From: Histomonas meleagridis 2922-C6/04-290x
Taxonomy: Eukaryota; Protista; Parabasalia
Direction of reading: 5' to 3'
Assembly: GCA_020184695.1 (NCBI GenBank)
Contig: JAANOX010000134.1
Coordinates: 194,477 to 258,476, forward strand
DNA: 64,000 nt
The notes beneath the pieces are model-generated. The model was not told the origin of the DNA. It did not search any database and worked only from the letters and a program-made list of their open reading frames with translations. The position numbers and the translations under genes were made by a program. This document shows, one piece after another, positions 10,806 through 20,946 of the stretch; positions within the stretch are counted from its first letter, which is position 1; every line of letters starts with the position of its first letter.

Positions 10806-11636
10806 CTATTTGAAGAGAATTTCATGTCGAGAATTAATGGAGGAGGAGACCTCATTAAATTTGCTCCAATCTAATGCGTTGTGGTGCATTTGATGCATTT
10901 GTGATGCATGATGTTGAGATGCATTGTCAAAATGCTTCTTACAAATATAACAATAATTATGATCTGGTGGGCCAAATTTAATGACGCGTGGTTGCTCAGT
11001 GGCTGCCTTCTTACATTCTTGTATGAATTGTGTGGGATTTTCTGGTATTGGATCAAACGGTGAAAATGTATAATCTTGTGGAACTGGTCCAAGGTGAAGT
11101 TTGGGAAGTTGCTTAAAGGCGGAGTGTATTGGCCGAAGTCGTCCTTTCGTATCTGCAACAACAATTTGTAAATTTGATGAATCATCACTTGAAGATTCTT
11201 CATCATCTGTTAGGTTAATTGGAATGGCCAAATCTGTAGTAATTGATTTAGTAGTGGCCCATGGAATTTGCTCTAATAAAATATTCCTTTGTTGTGGAAT
11301 ACGTTGAAAAATTGATTTTAAATTTCGAGTTCCAACACTATTTCTAGCAGGGGATTGCCTAATAGGCATCCTTTTAGTCGAAATAATGTAATCTGCAAAG
11401 TCAGGAACATTATCAACAATTTTTGCACCAGCTTTAGTTAATGAATCCCGAACAGTTTGTTTTTCCTCCTCATCCTCTATTGAAACATATACCGAAGAAT
11501 CTTTGAATAAGTTTCTAGATATGACTTGTGGATATTGTTTCACATTTGGTGACGAAATTTTACTAACAGGCGATAAATGCAGCCCTTTATGATTACTTTT
11601 AATAAGTAATTCAACTGGGTAATTGTTCGCATTCAT
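10806..11636 (-). CDS. Dbf4-like protein (BRCT-like N motif, C-terminal Dbf4 zinc finger)
   Basis: LTKAGAKIV...PDFADYIIS (motif N/BRCT-like) and YCYICKKHF.....HHAS..H zinc finger. Confidence 0.65.
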   Translation of the reverse strand: MNANNYPVELLIKSNHKGLHLSPVSKISSPNVKQYPQVISRNLFKDSSVYVSIEDEEEKQTVRDSLTKAGAKIVDNVPDFADYIISTKRMPIRQSPARNSVGTRNLKSIFQRIPQQRNILLEQIPWATTKSITTDLAIPINLTDDEESSSDDSSNLQIVVADTKGRLRPIHSAFKQLPKLHLGPVPQDYTFSPFDPIPENPTQFIQECKKAATEQPRVIKFGPPDHNYCYICKKHFDNASQHHASQMHQMHHNALDWSKFNEVSSSINSRHEILFK

Positions 11637-12016
11637 CCTGGAGGCGAAAACAAAACAGTGAATTTCCTCGACGGTTTCTAAATCTGGCACAAATATTTGC
11701 TCTCAAATATCAGGCGATAGGGATATAAACTCTCAAAAATTGATGCATTCCTCTTAATCTCCAGCAATTGTGAACTCACTTTGGTTTTAAATTGAAATTT
11801 TCTAATTCTCAATTGAGAATTGGTTAATCCACAGTTGAATTTTAGCAATATTTATTTGGTTTCTTTGGCTTAATTTAAAATATTTATAATAAGTTTTTAG
11901 TTTGATTATCAAAAATGAGATTTAAACATATGAAAAACGAATTAAATTTCATTTCTTATTATTCCTAAAAAAAAAAAAAAACAAAAAATTAATTATGTAT
12001 TTTATCAATAATGTCA

Positions 12017-15000
12017 TTATTCATTTGAGAATTCGATTAACTTCTTCAGGATGGCCTTTTCACTTCTATCCCCACTTACCAATCTTTCGAAGTCAGCACC
12101 TTTAAACATTGTTGCTTGTTGTTTCATTTTGCCCAAATCGAAGTGTGTCACGCTGTTATTCCATCTTTCGCAATGTTTCTCCACGATAAGCAAACACATA
12201 ATTGCAGCCTTATGTGCCAACTCATTATCACTTTCTTTATTCATCATTTGTAAACAAAATGATGATATCATAGATAAAGGCAAAGGTTTATCTTTATCTT
12301 TTATGTTATTTCTCCATTCTTCACCTATCAATGGATTATCTAAAATATTTTCAATATCACTCATTCTATTGATTAAGAAAAGTGCCGATGTCAAAAGCTC
12401 TGTCACTTTTTTAGGCACATCGTCGCTTACGTTTCCGTGAATCATAATACGCCATTCCGCGTCATTAGCGAACCGTTTGAAAAAGAAAAGAAATTTGTTC
12501 CAAAATCCTAAATTCTTTAAATCAATTATATAAGATTTAGGATAAGCTGAAATAAAACGAGTGAATTCTATTAAGAATTCTATACCAATCATATTAATAT
12601 TACCAGAATAATCTAAAATATTAAAAATTTGTGTTTGATATTCATTAAATAACATTAAAAGTTGTAAATGAAGTATTTCACTTTGATTATACATTAATTC
12701 AATTGTTGATAAAAGTTGTAATATTAAAATTCCCATTTTAATTTGATTTTCATGTAATTGTCTTAAGTAGTTCACAACTTTACACCAAAAGTGCTCGTTT
12801 GACAGTTTTTTAATAATTCCTTCTTCAATAAGTATTTTTCCTATTTTATGGTCATTTAATATGAATTTAGTAAATAAACTACATTTAGAACTTATATTAA
12901 ATGAAGAAAGTTTTGGATCTTTTTCAAAATTATCCCAATCATTATCTATACTTTGAATTAATAAATTAATAAATTTTACAAGTTGAATATTATTAATAAA
13001 TGGAATAATAGATTCAAACGAAGATAATGAAATACTTTGTAATATCGGATATTCACTATTTGAATCTCTAATAATTGAATTAAAAATTTGTTGATGTAAA
13101 ATCTCTATCGTCTTGTTTAAATTCTCAAATTTATTTGAATTCGATTTGATCATCGCCGATATCACAGAATTTAATAACGAATAAATGCCGATCAACGATA
13201 GCGTGTGATTAATTTCTGACAAATATGAAATATCATTTAATATTAAAATCAAAAGGTTTTCTATTTCTTTCATATTATACCCGAATATATTTTGATTAAA
13301 TATGAATTTACCGATAATTGCGCAAGAATCACTTAAAGGCTTTGTAAGTTCTATTAATTTATTATTATTATTAAAAGATATCAACGTTTGAATTTTCTCC
13401 AAAATTTGTATTAACAAAGCGCACCAAATTGTATTCCATTGCAAAGGTTGTTCTTTCATATAATCGATAGCAGGTTTAGAGTTAAAATATGCAATTATTA
13501 TATCATTTAAACCTTTAGCTATCCATATTGAATTCTCATTAACGTTAATTCTTTCAACGAAATCCAACAACAAAATTGTTCTTTTAGCTTCATTCACATA
13601 ATAATATATTGAATCGCTATGTAAATTCATTTCTGGTTCCATCAATTCTTTAAATATTTTAATTGTAGTACCATAAGAAGTATTTAAAGTATTTATAGCT
13701 TCACGTGATAATATTTGTAACATACAACCTATAGCTCTAATTGAAGATTTCGGATTACGTAAATATTGTAATTGTGTGATGAAGAATGATTGACGAGATT
13801 CAGATAATATTTTTAATACTGAGTTAATAGTTAAAGAGTTTTCACATTCTAATAATATTAATTGGAATGATAAATCGACAAGTTGTGGATAATTAAAATG
13901 TGTTTCTGGTTTACATAACATTATCATTAACTTATTAATAATTCCTTTTTCTAAATTCGAATTGATAATAGATTGTGGTGGATTATGTTGATCAAAACCA
14001 CAAACATGACGTACGAAATATGACGATGCACCTAAATTAATAAATATTCGTAATAAGAAACATCGGACATTAGTATTTGTATTATCATAAATTATATTAT
14101 TATAATTAGGATTTTTAATTTCGGGCTCTTTCTTGTTTAATATATTCATACAGACTTGAATAGCTTTAGCTTGTGGCTTTGTTAAAAAGATTTGAACTAT
14201 TGTTGGTGAAAATTTACATAAATATTCAATTAATTGTAAACATGTGATTTGGAAATTACTTTCATATGATGTTGCACATATTAATACTTTAGATACTGCG
14301 TCAGAATTCCATGAGATTTGATTAACTAATGTCTCAGTACAAGGACGAGAAGTTTGATGAGAATATAATAAGAAATCTTTCTCATAATGTAATAATAATA
14401 AAAATAACTTTAAGATGGAATGCATTACTTCAAGTGGTATAGCATCTTCTAATATAAATGAGATTAATTGTGATATAAAATCTTGTTTCTCAATCGCTGT
14501 TCTAAAGATTGATTCACAAATCTTAAATCGATCATTTTTTAGAGGATATTTAGCTGAAATTGCTGATATCCAAAATTTACATAATTCTAAAATGATTTTC
14601 CATTTAGTGTCGGGATATATATAATCAAATGAAGCTAAATAACAAAAGATTTCTTCATATAATAATCGTTGGATTATTGATATTTCATTTTTAGGTAAAA
14701 ATCCTTTGTTAAATTGTTCTGTAAAGAAATGTGCAATTGCTTGTGGTATATTAAATATATGATCTGGCGCTTCTATTTTATGAATATCAGTTATAATTCC
14801 ATCTTTGTTTTCAAAGTTTTCTTTTGTGATTAATGGCCATGTTTCAAGTTGTGGCCAAAAATTTAATGGCATTGATGATAAAAGATTTAAACATTCAGCT
14901 TTAAGTGATGCAGGTATCGGAGAATATATTAATGAGAATAAACTTTCAGTAAATGTTTGCATGAATTGTTTGTCATGATCAATATTAAACATTTGATATT

Positions 15001-16480
15001 CGATTGGATCATTTTCATTTGCCGGATATCTCCATAATGCACTATATAAGCGCATGACTGATTCTAAGCCTTTAACATCACGTTCTGCAAGTGAATGACG
15101 TTCGATTTCACATGATAAAAGATCTTTCGCATGTCCAATGATAGCATTTTGGAAATTAGTGAAATGTACTATTTGATTAACTGATGTAGATCGATATATA
15201 ACTAAAAAGATTTCAATTGCTAAATCTTTGCTACGTATTAACGACGTCAATAAATCTAAATAAATAAAGAATAAATTTTCTGATACAAATGTTGTGGACA
15301 TTTGAATGATCTTAGAATTATTTCGTTGTGAATGATAAAAAAATGCTTCTGCAAAATCAGACCCTGGAATTAATGATGATACTGTTGTAATCAAGCGTAA
15401 AAATTGTTGAAATTCTTCATTATGTTCTGGGATAGAACGATTATCAATAAACTTGTTGATAGTATTCATACCATTTTTAAATGTGCTTAAGATAAAAACA
15501 TTGGCAATGGTCTCTATAAAGGCTGGGAAAACATATGAACTACATATCGAATGTTGAACTAAGATGATGTCACTGAGGAAGGAAATTGAAAGCGGAATGA
15601 AGTAGCGGTTAAACCAATCATCCCAATTAGTGCCGAAAGTTTCGGATTGATTAGTAGATGATATATGTTGTGATAATAGAAGCCCTGTCGCTGCACATAT
15701 TAAACATGAAAATAAGGCACGGGAATTGGTTTTGCCATTAAATATATTTTTCGAAAGATCATTCGGAATCTTGGTGGGAAGAGTCAAATCAGGTTCAATC
15801 TTAAGAATGAGATCATTCTTTTCGATGGTTTTAATCCAACGTTCTTTAACTGGTAAATTATTGGATAAATATTTTTTAATAGAGTCTATGGTTGTATTAA
15901 GATCTTGCATAACTTTGCTGACCTCAGCTTGTGGACGGATCTTTTTGGTCAGTTCATTTATTTTTTGGATTACTTCTTCCAATGGTTTTAAATCAAATTT
16001 TTCAGTTTTGGATTTTTTTAAATGATCATCAAGAGCGTTGGATTTTTCACGAAAAGACTCAACAAGCTCATTAGCTTTAGAATCATTTTTAAAATTTGTT
16101 TGAAGTATATCAATGACTTGATGCTTAAGCTTAGTTAGATTTGAAGGAAGTTGATTTGAGAGATTTTTGGTCGAAGTTTCAACAGATTGGGTTTGATTCT
16201 CTGTATATGCAATAATTAAATATTCCCCAAAGGCTAGGATTGCTTCAAAAAATTTAACATTTGTGGAATTCTTGGAAATAGTTATAGAACGTAAATTTTC
16301 ATGATTATAGATTACGTCATTTTGTGGAATGTAACCTATTTGAGAAATTTTGTCTGAACATTTTTTTAGAGAGGCCTCAACATCATCATAAGTAAATTCG
16401 AATTTTTTGTAAATTGAAATAAATGAAGCTTCAGGTGATTGTTCTTCTCGGCTCTTTTGTGGCTTCTCTTTGTTTTCCAT
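12017..16480 (-). CDS. Nup205/Nup192-like scaffold nucleoporin
   Basis: 1487-aa helical protein. IPASLKAECLNLLS...W..LE....GI..DI.KIE and GFD......P.L..L.FQLI......S.QSFFITQLQYL match segments recalled from Nup205 (IPPVLKAELL..L; SQDFLFSQLQYL). Confidence 0.7.
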   Translation of the reverse strand: MENKEKPQKSREEQSPEASFISIYKKFEFTYDDVEASLKKCSDKISQIGYIPQNDVIYNHENLRSITISKNSTNVKFFEAILAFGEYLIIAYTENQTQSVETSTKNLSNQLPSNLTKLKHQVIDILQTNFKNDSKANELVESFREKSNALDDHLKKSKTEKFDLKPLEEVIQKINELTKKIRPQAEVSKVMQDLNTTIDSIKKYLSNNLPVKERWIKTIEKNDLILKIEPDLTLPTKIPNDLSKNIFNGKTNSRALFSCLICAATGLLLSQHISSTNQSETFGTNWDDWFNRYFIPLSISFLSDIILVQHSICSSYVFPAFIETIANVFILSTFKNGMNTINKFIDNRSIPEHNEEFQQFLRLITTVSSLIPGSDFAEAFFYHSQRNNSKIIQMSTTFVSENLFFIYLDLLTSLIRSKDLAIEIFLVIYRSTSVNQIVHFTNFQNAIIGHAKDLLSCEIERHSLAERDVKGLESVMRLYSALWRYPANENDPIEYQMFNIDHDKQFMQTFTESLFSLIYSPIPASLKAECLNLLSSMPLNFWPQLETWPLITKENFENKDGIITDIHKIEAPDHIFNIPQAIAHFFTEQFNKGFLPKNEISIIQRLLYEEIFCYLASFDYIYPDTKWKIILELCKFWISAISAKYPLKNDRFKICESIFRTAIEKQDFISQLISFILEDAIPLEVMHSILKLFLLLLHYEKDFLLYSHQTSRPCTETLVNQISWNSDAVSKVLICATSYESNFQITCLQLIEYLCKFSPTIVQIFLTKPQAKAIQVCMNILNKKEPEIKNPNYNNIIYDNTNTNVRCFLLRIFINLGASSYFVRHVCGFDQHNPPQSIINSNLEKGIINKLMIMLCKPETHFNYPQLVDLSFQLILLECENSLTINSVLKILSESRQSFFITQLQYLRNPKSSIRAIGCMLQILSREAINTLNTSYGTTIKIFKELMEPEMNLHSDSIYYYVNEAKRTILLLDFVERINVNENSIWIAKGLNDIIIAYFNSKPAIDYMKEQPLQWNTIWCALLIQILEKIQTLISFNNNNKLIELTKPLSDSCAIIGKFIFNQNIFGYNMKEIENLLILILNDISYLSEINHTLSLIGIYSLLNSVISAMIKSNSNKFENLNKTIEILHQQIFNSIIRDSNSEYPILQSISLSSFESIIPFINNIQLVKFINLLIQSIDNDWDNFEKDPKLSSFNISSKCSLFTKFILNDHKIGKILIEEGIIKKLSNEHFWCKVVNYLRQLHENQIKMGILILQLLSTIELMYNQSEILHLQLLMLFNEYQTQIFNILDYSGNINMIGIEFLIEFTRFISAYPKSYIIDLKNLGFWNKFLFFFKRFANDAEWRIMIHGNVSDDVPKKVTELLTSALFLINRMSDIENILDNPLIGEEWRNNIKDKDKPLPLSMISSFCLQMMNKESDNELAHKAAIMCLLIVEKHCERWNNSVTHFDLGKMKQQATMFKGADFERLVSGDRSEKAILKKLIEFSNE

Positions 16481-16493
16481 GAACAATGGTCAG

Positions 16494-16502
16494 AAAAGTG
16501 AC
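16494..16502 (-). promoter_or_regulatory. Initiator (Inr)-type element GTCACTTTT
   Basis: Lies 13 nt upstream of the ATG at 16480; same motif and spacing as for the DHHC gene. Confidence 0.55.
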
Positions 16503-17081
16503 GCTAATGGCTTGTTCGTTTTAGTTGATAACGATCAAATGGATTCCAATTTTTGACTAAGTATGTTTGTGATGCAACCTTTTGTTTTGTATTTAAAATG
16601 ATCGGAAACTCCTGAAGAAAAAAAAGTCGATTGGTATTCTTCATTTTAAAAAATATAAATTATATCATTATTTTATTTTTTTTTTTTTTTGTTAAATGCA
16701 AATTTAAAATTTCATTTGCATAATAATGAAAAGAATTCATTAATTAAAATGATAATTTAATGAATTCTTCTACAAATGTATTCGCATTAGGAAATGAATT
16801 AGAACAAGTAAATATAAATGTCATTAATAGTTAACATTCATTAATTAATACTGTTGTCAACAGTTGTTGTACACGGATTATCATTGTAAAAACATTTACA
16901 CCAATTCCTAGAATTTTTTGAGTACAAACATTCACATATTTTGATTCTAAACGAAATTTTTTCGATCAAGAATTGCAGCATTATATAATTTTAAACATGA
17001 TGAAAATGCTAAACTTAATATCAAGATTTAACTGGTTGAAAATTGAAATACAAAATCACATGTATCTAAAAAAGAATTTAC

Positions 17082-17756
17082 TTAAATTTTCTGAATTGTT
17101 ATGTATCCATTTGAGTCAACGCCTCCATTACTTCTAACAACACATCTGAGATATATTGGTTGGTGAGTAACAGGGAAAATCTGAACGTAGTAATAATTAC
17201 CAACGTCCGCCTTCCCCGTGTAGCCTTCATGTTTATCTTGGCCAATTACCTCATTATTGTTGACGATTTCGAGACTTCTGATATCCAACCTATGACGGCC
17301 ATTTGTATACTGAAACTTAATTTCATAATCACCAGGACCATTGTAATATGTTGTGATATCCCATTGTTTGGTGATATATCGATGTCCTGGTTGTATTTCA
17401 CCTGTAACCCATTTCAATCCCCTATATTCTTTACGTACTATTTGAATAAACCCATTTGAATCGCTTCCGCCATGGCTTCTTATAACGGCTACCAAAAATA
17501 CAGGTTGTTCAAAATGTTCAATAGTTACATGATATGTGTTATTTGAATTTACATTACCAGTAGTTCCATGATGAGGATCTGACACAGCTTCTTTTCCATT
17601 ACATTTGATTTTGATTCCGAAAATATCAAGTCTATGTCTACCTTTAGTATATCTAAAAGTGATTTCATAAACGCCTGGGCCTATCACATCTTGTGAAATG
17701 TTCCATTTTTTCTTTGCAGGTTCGTGCGTTGTCTCTCCTGTTTTCCACCCAAGCAT
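17082..17756 (-). CDS. Protein of two tandem beta-rich domains, putative carbohydrate-binding module
   Basis: Two ~110-aa repeats: W.TGE....K.W.I.....GPG.YEI.F.YT.GRHRLDI......N......D.H.G.TG.....N.Y.V.I......L..V.RS.GG.DSNG.I.I. No signal peptide. Confidence 0.75.
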   Translation of the reverse strand: MLGWKTGETTHEPAKKKWNISQDVIGPGVYEITFRYTKGRHRLDIFGIKIKCNGKEAVSDPHHGTTGNVNSNNTYHVTIEHFEQPVFLVAVIRSHGGSDSNGFIQIVRKEYRGLKWVTGEIQPGHRYITKQWDITTYYNGPGDYEIKFQYTNGRHRLDIRSLEIVNNNEVIGQDKHEGYTGKADVGNYYYVQIFPVTHQPIYLRCVVRSNGGVDSNGYITIQKI

Positions 17757-17939
17757 GGGAAAACAATTTTTTTTGGATGGAAAACAAGACCGTTTAAATG
17801 GAAAATTTTTTGTCAACGAAATTCAATAGTCAGAAAACCGCTTTCCACAGAAAAATGTTATCGTCGTTTTGAAAGTTCTATCGTTATTCCAATGCCAGCG
17901 CATAAAAATTATGTTTTATTACAAAAATTTATACAATTT

Positions 17940-19400
17940 TTATTTAATATATTTTGCGTATAGATTAATTTCGTTGTACTGTTTTTTGATTTGCTGATTT
18001 AAGTTTTCGATTGTTTTTTCTTTACTTTGTAATATGTTTTGTATCTTTTCTTTCATTATCAATATGTTACTTTGATGTTTTTCTGTAATTTCTTTTACAT
18101 AATTATGAAAATCATTTTCTTCAGTTTTCATTTTTTCTTTAATTTTCTCAAATGAGTTTTTTATTATTTCTAATTCTTTGTTTTTATTATTATTATTAAT
18201 TGAAAATGTTTTATTTAAATTATTTTTTATTTCATTAATTTTTATATTTATTTTCTCGTTATCATTTTTCAATGATATTAATTCTTTTTTGTTTAATTGA
18301 ATATTTTTCTCGATTCTTTGTTTTTGTTCGATTTTATTATTATAAATTTTTGTAATTCGTTTTATTTCATTTTGTACATTTTGAATTTTTTGTTTTTGCA
18401 AAAATATTTTTTCATTTTTTTCATTAATTTTTGTATTTGTTTCTTCATCTAATTTATTTGTAAATGATAAAATTTGTTCATTTATTTCATTTACTTTTAC
18501 ATTTATAATTTCTTTATTTTTTTTTCTATATTTATAATTAATTTCCATTTTAATTATTTCTTTTATTTTTAAATCATTTTTTATATTTTCAATATTATAA
18601 TTTTGTATCTTTTGTTTGGATTTTAATTCAGCAGAAATTAATTCGTTTTTATATTCATTAATATGTTTAACAGTTTTTTCTTTTTCTTTTTCGCATTTTT
18701 GTTTATAACTTTCTTTGATTTCATTGACTTTTATTTCAATGTTTTGATGCTTTTTTCGTATTATGTTTTCAATGTTTTCTTTTTCTAAAAGATTTTGTTT
18801 TCGATTTTTTCCGATTTTTTGTTTCCATTGTTGTGTTATTATGTTTAATTGTTGATCTGTTTGTTCATGAAATTGTTGCTTAAAATCAAAGAGCGTTTTA
18901 TTTGAAGTTTTGTTTTCATTTTCTTTGTATTTGTATAACTTTTGTTGGAGCTGATTCCGAAGTAAAAGAATTTCTTCTTTATTTTGTGTTTTAAGTTTTT
19001 CGATTTTGGGTGTAAACTCAATAGAAGCTTTTCTTAGATTGTCAATTTTAATTTTCTCGATTTTTTCTTTGAGTTGTTGATCCATTGATTGATGAAATTC
19101 TTTCATTATTTGATCAACTTGAGCTTGAACATTTATTTCTATATTTGTGTTTCCTTTTTCGACTCCAATTTTGTTTAATTCATTTGTTAATTGTTCGATT
19201 TTTTTTATAATTAAATCTTTTTCATTAATAATACGATCCATTTCTGCTTGAATTTGTAAAAGAAGTCTTGAATAATTTTCTGTTCCTATTCGTATTTGAG
19301 TAATTGATCGCGAATAATAATTTGTTCTATTGATGATATTTTTGATTTCTTCTTTGAGACGTTTTTCCTTTGAAGCGATTTTGTTATAAACTTTTTTCAT
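17940..19400 (-). CDS. Long coiled-coil hypothetical protein
   Basis: About 490-aa ORF rich in K/E/N/I/Q heptads; start codon uncertain. Confidence 0.7.
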   Translation of the reverse strand: MKKVYNKIASKEKRLKEEIKNIINRTNYYSRSITQIRIGTENYSRLLLQIQAEMDRIINEKDLIIKKIEQLTNELNKIGVEKGNTNIEINVQAQVDQIMKEFHQSMDQQLKEKIEKIKIDNLRKASIEFTPKIEKLKTQNKEEILLLRNQLQQKLYKYKENENKTSNKTLFDFKQQFHEQTDQQLNIITQQWKQKIGKNRKQNLLEKENIENIIRKKHQNIEIKVNEIKESYKQKCEKEKEKTVKHINEYKNELISAELKSKQKIQNYNIENIKNDLKIKEIIKMEINYKYRKKNKEIINVKVNEINEQILSFTNKLDEETNTKINEKNEKIFLQKQKIQNVQNEIKRITKIYNNKIEQKQRIEKNIQLNKKELISLKNDNEKINIKINEIKNNLNKTFSINNNNKNKELEIIKNSFEKIKEKMKTEENDFHNYVKEITEKHQSNILIMKEKIQNILQSKEKTIENLNQQIKKQYNEINLYAKYIK

Positions 19401-19662
19401 ATTTATTGCGTTATATTGGGCATCATTTTGATCAGCCTTTTCAAGGATAGATAAGATGGAAAACAAAGATTAAAAGCACAAGAAAATGCAGCCAAATAAA
19501 CTCAGAAAAACTTATCAAAGCAAATAGGGCACCCTGAATATTGTTTCGAATGTAACTTCATGTATACTAAAGATATAACTAAACATTTACTCAAACATAG
19601 AGTTTCCAAGTATTTATTATATAAAAAATTTTAAATCGGCACTTTATACATTTATTGATATA

Positions 19663-20838
19663 TCATTCGATTGATTCTATAGCGAACTCTAATGCTAATC
19701 TTTGTAAGCATTTCATGTCAGTGAGTAATAACTTCATTGCTTCGGTAAATATTTGTGGATTATCTTTTGTGTACAAATAACTAAATGTACAAATTCGATT
19801 TGTTTTCAAATATATTTTATGAGGGGGCATAAAGTTATCATTTGTATGGGCTAATTTCTTGAAAATCATTTGAGATGCTACAAAAATTGCTTTTATTCCC
19901 TTTCTAAATATTTGGACTCTTTTGTTGTAACTTTTTCCATGCGTATCGGCGGCGGTTAATGGCAAAAACATTTTTTTCTGTTCATCATAAAATTGCGCTG
20001 GATTCGTAACCTTAAAATGGTTCTCGATGGGTGTTTGTGTGATCTTTCCTAGGCTCACTATGAAATGGACTAGAAAGAAAAGACCTGTTGTAAATTCATT
20101 GTCATCAACTTCATTTGGAGTTTTTGTTCCGATTCGACAATTGTTAATAGTCCCATAAAAACGACTGGTGGAGATATGGAAAGCAGAGTTAAGAGTAAAT
20201 GATTTGATAACATATTCATTAGAAATACATATTGGCGTTTGGAAATCAAGATCTTCATCAAAAGTAAAAGTTGATGCAAGGTTACTAGTTGACTTGCGAA
20301 ACTCTGTTTTGGTCGTAAAGTTAGTGGATATATATTGGGAAATGTAAGTATTGCAATTATGAGCATTATCAATGGCGTCATTTAATGATTGCTTTGTAAC
20401 TAAAAGGGTATCAAGTTCAGATTTTAATTTAGCTGCTGGGTCGGGTGGTGGATTATCTCGAACTCGCCAAAGAATATCATATTGATATCGGTAAAAATTT
20501 GTCGTTTCACGAATTTTCTTACATAAAGCTTCACAACAGTCTTGACATAATAAATACTCACAATTTTTTTGCTTAAACAAATCAGCAAAAGTCGCAAAAT
20601 CTAAAAAGTCATCTATATTTCTCCATTGTTCATAATCTGTCGAAACCCTAACTCGCCCATTTAGTTTTACTGCAATTGTTTGTCTTCGGTCAGCCATGAA
20701 ATCTGTTTTTGAATTTGATTTCGGTCTTCCAAATATAGAAACAAGTTTTTTACAATTCTTGCAAACAAAGAATAGCCTTGGCTGGGTGAACTTTGATATG
20801 CAATTTGTGCTTTTGGAAAATGAAACTTGGTTCATCAT
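19663..20838 (-). CDS. ATG6: Beclin-1/Atg6/Vps30-like protein
   Basis: FVCKNC, LCQDCCEAL, coiled coil, FHIS....YGTINNCRIG (cf. FHI...G.FGTINNFRLG) and C-terminal FTEAMKLLLTDMK (cf. WTKALKFMLTNLK). Confidence 0.8.
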   Translation of the reverse strand: MMNQVSFSKSTNCISKFTQPRLFFVCKNCKKLVSIFGRPKSNSKTDFMADRRQTIAVKLNGRVRVSTDYEQWRNIDDFLDFATFADLFKQKNCEYLLCQDCCEALCKKIRETTNFYRYQYDILWRVRDNPPPDPAAKLKSELDTLLVTKQSLNDAIDNAHNCNTYISQYISTNFTTKTEFRKSTSNLASTFTFDEDLDFQTPICISNEYVIKSFTLNSAFHISTSRFYGTINNCRIGTKTPNEVDDNEFTTGLFFLVHFIVSLGKITQTPIENHFKVTNPAQFYDEQKKMFLPLTAADTHGKSYNKRVQIFRKGIKAIFVASQMIFKKLAHTNDNFMPPHKIYLKTNRICTFSYLYTKDNPQIFTEAMKLLLTDMKCLQRLALEFAIESIE

Positions 20839-20946
20839 TGGGGTTTTGCTGGAACTTGTAAAGCGATACGATAATTTGTTGGTTAGACTTTAACGGTCTC
20901 CATAAAATTTTGATTTTTATGCGCCATACTAAAAGTTTTCTAATTA

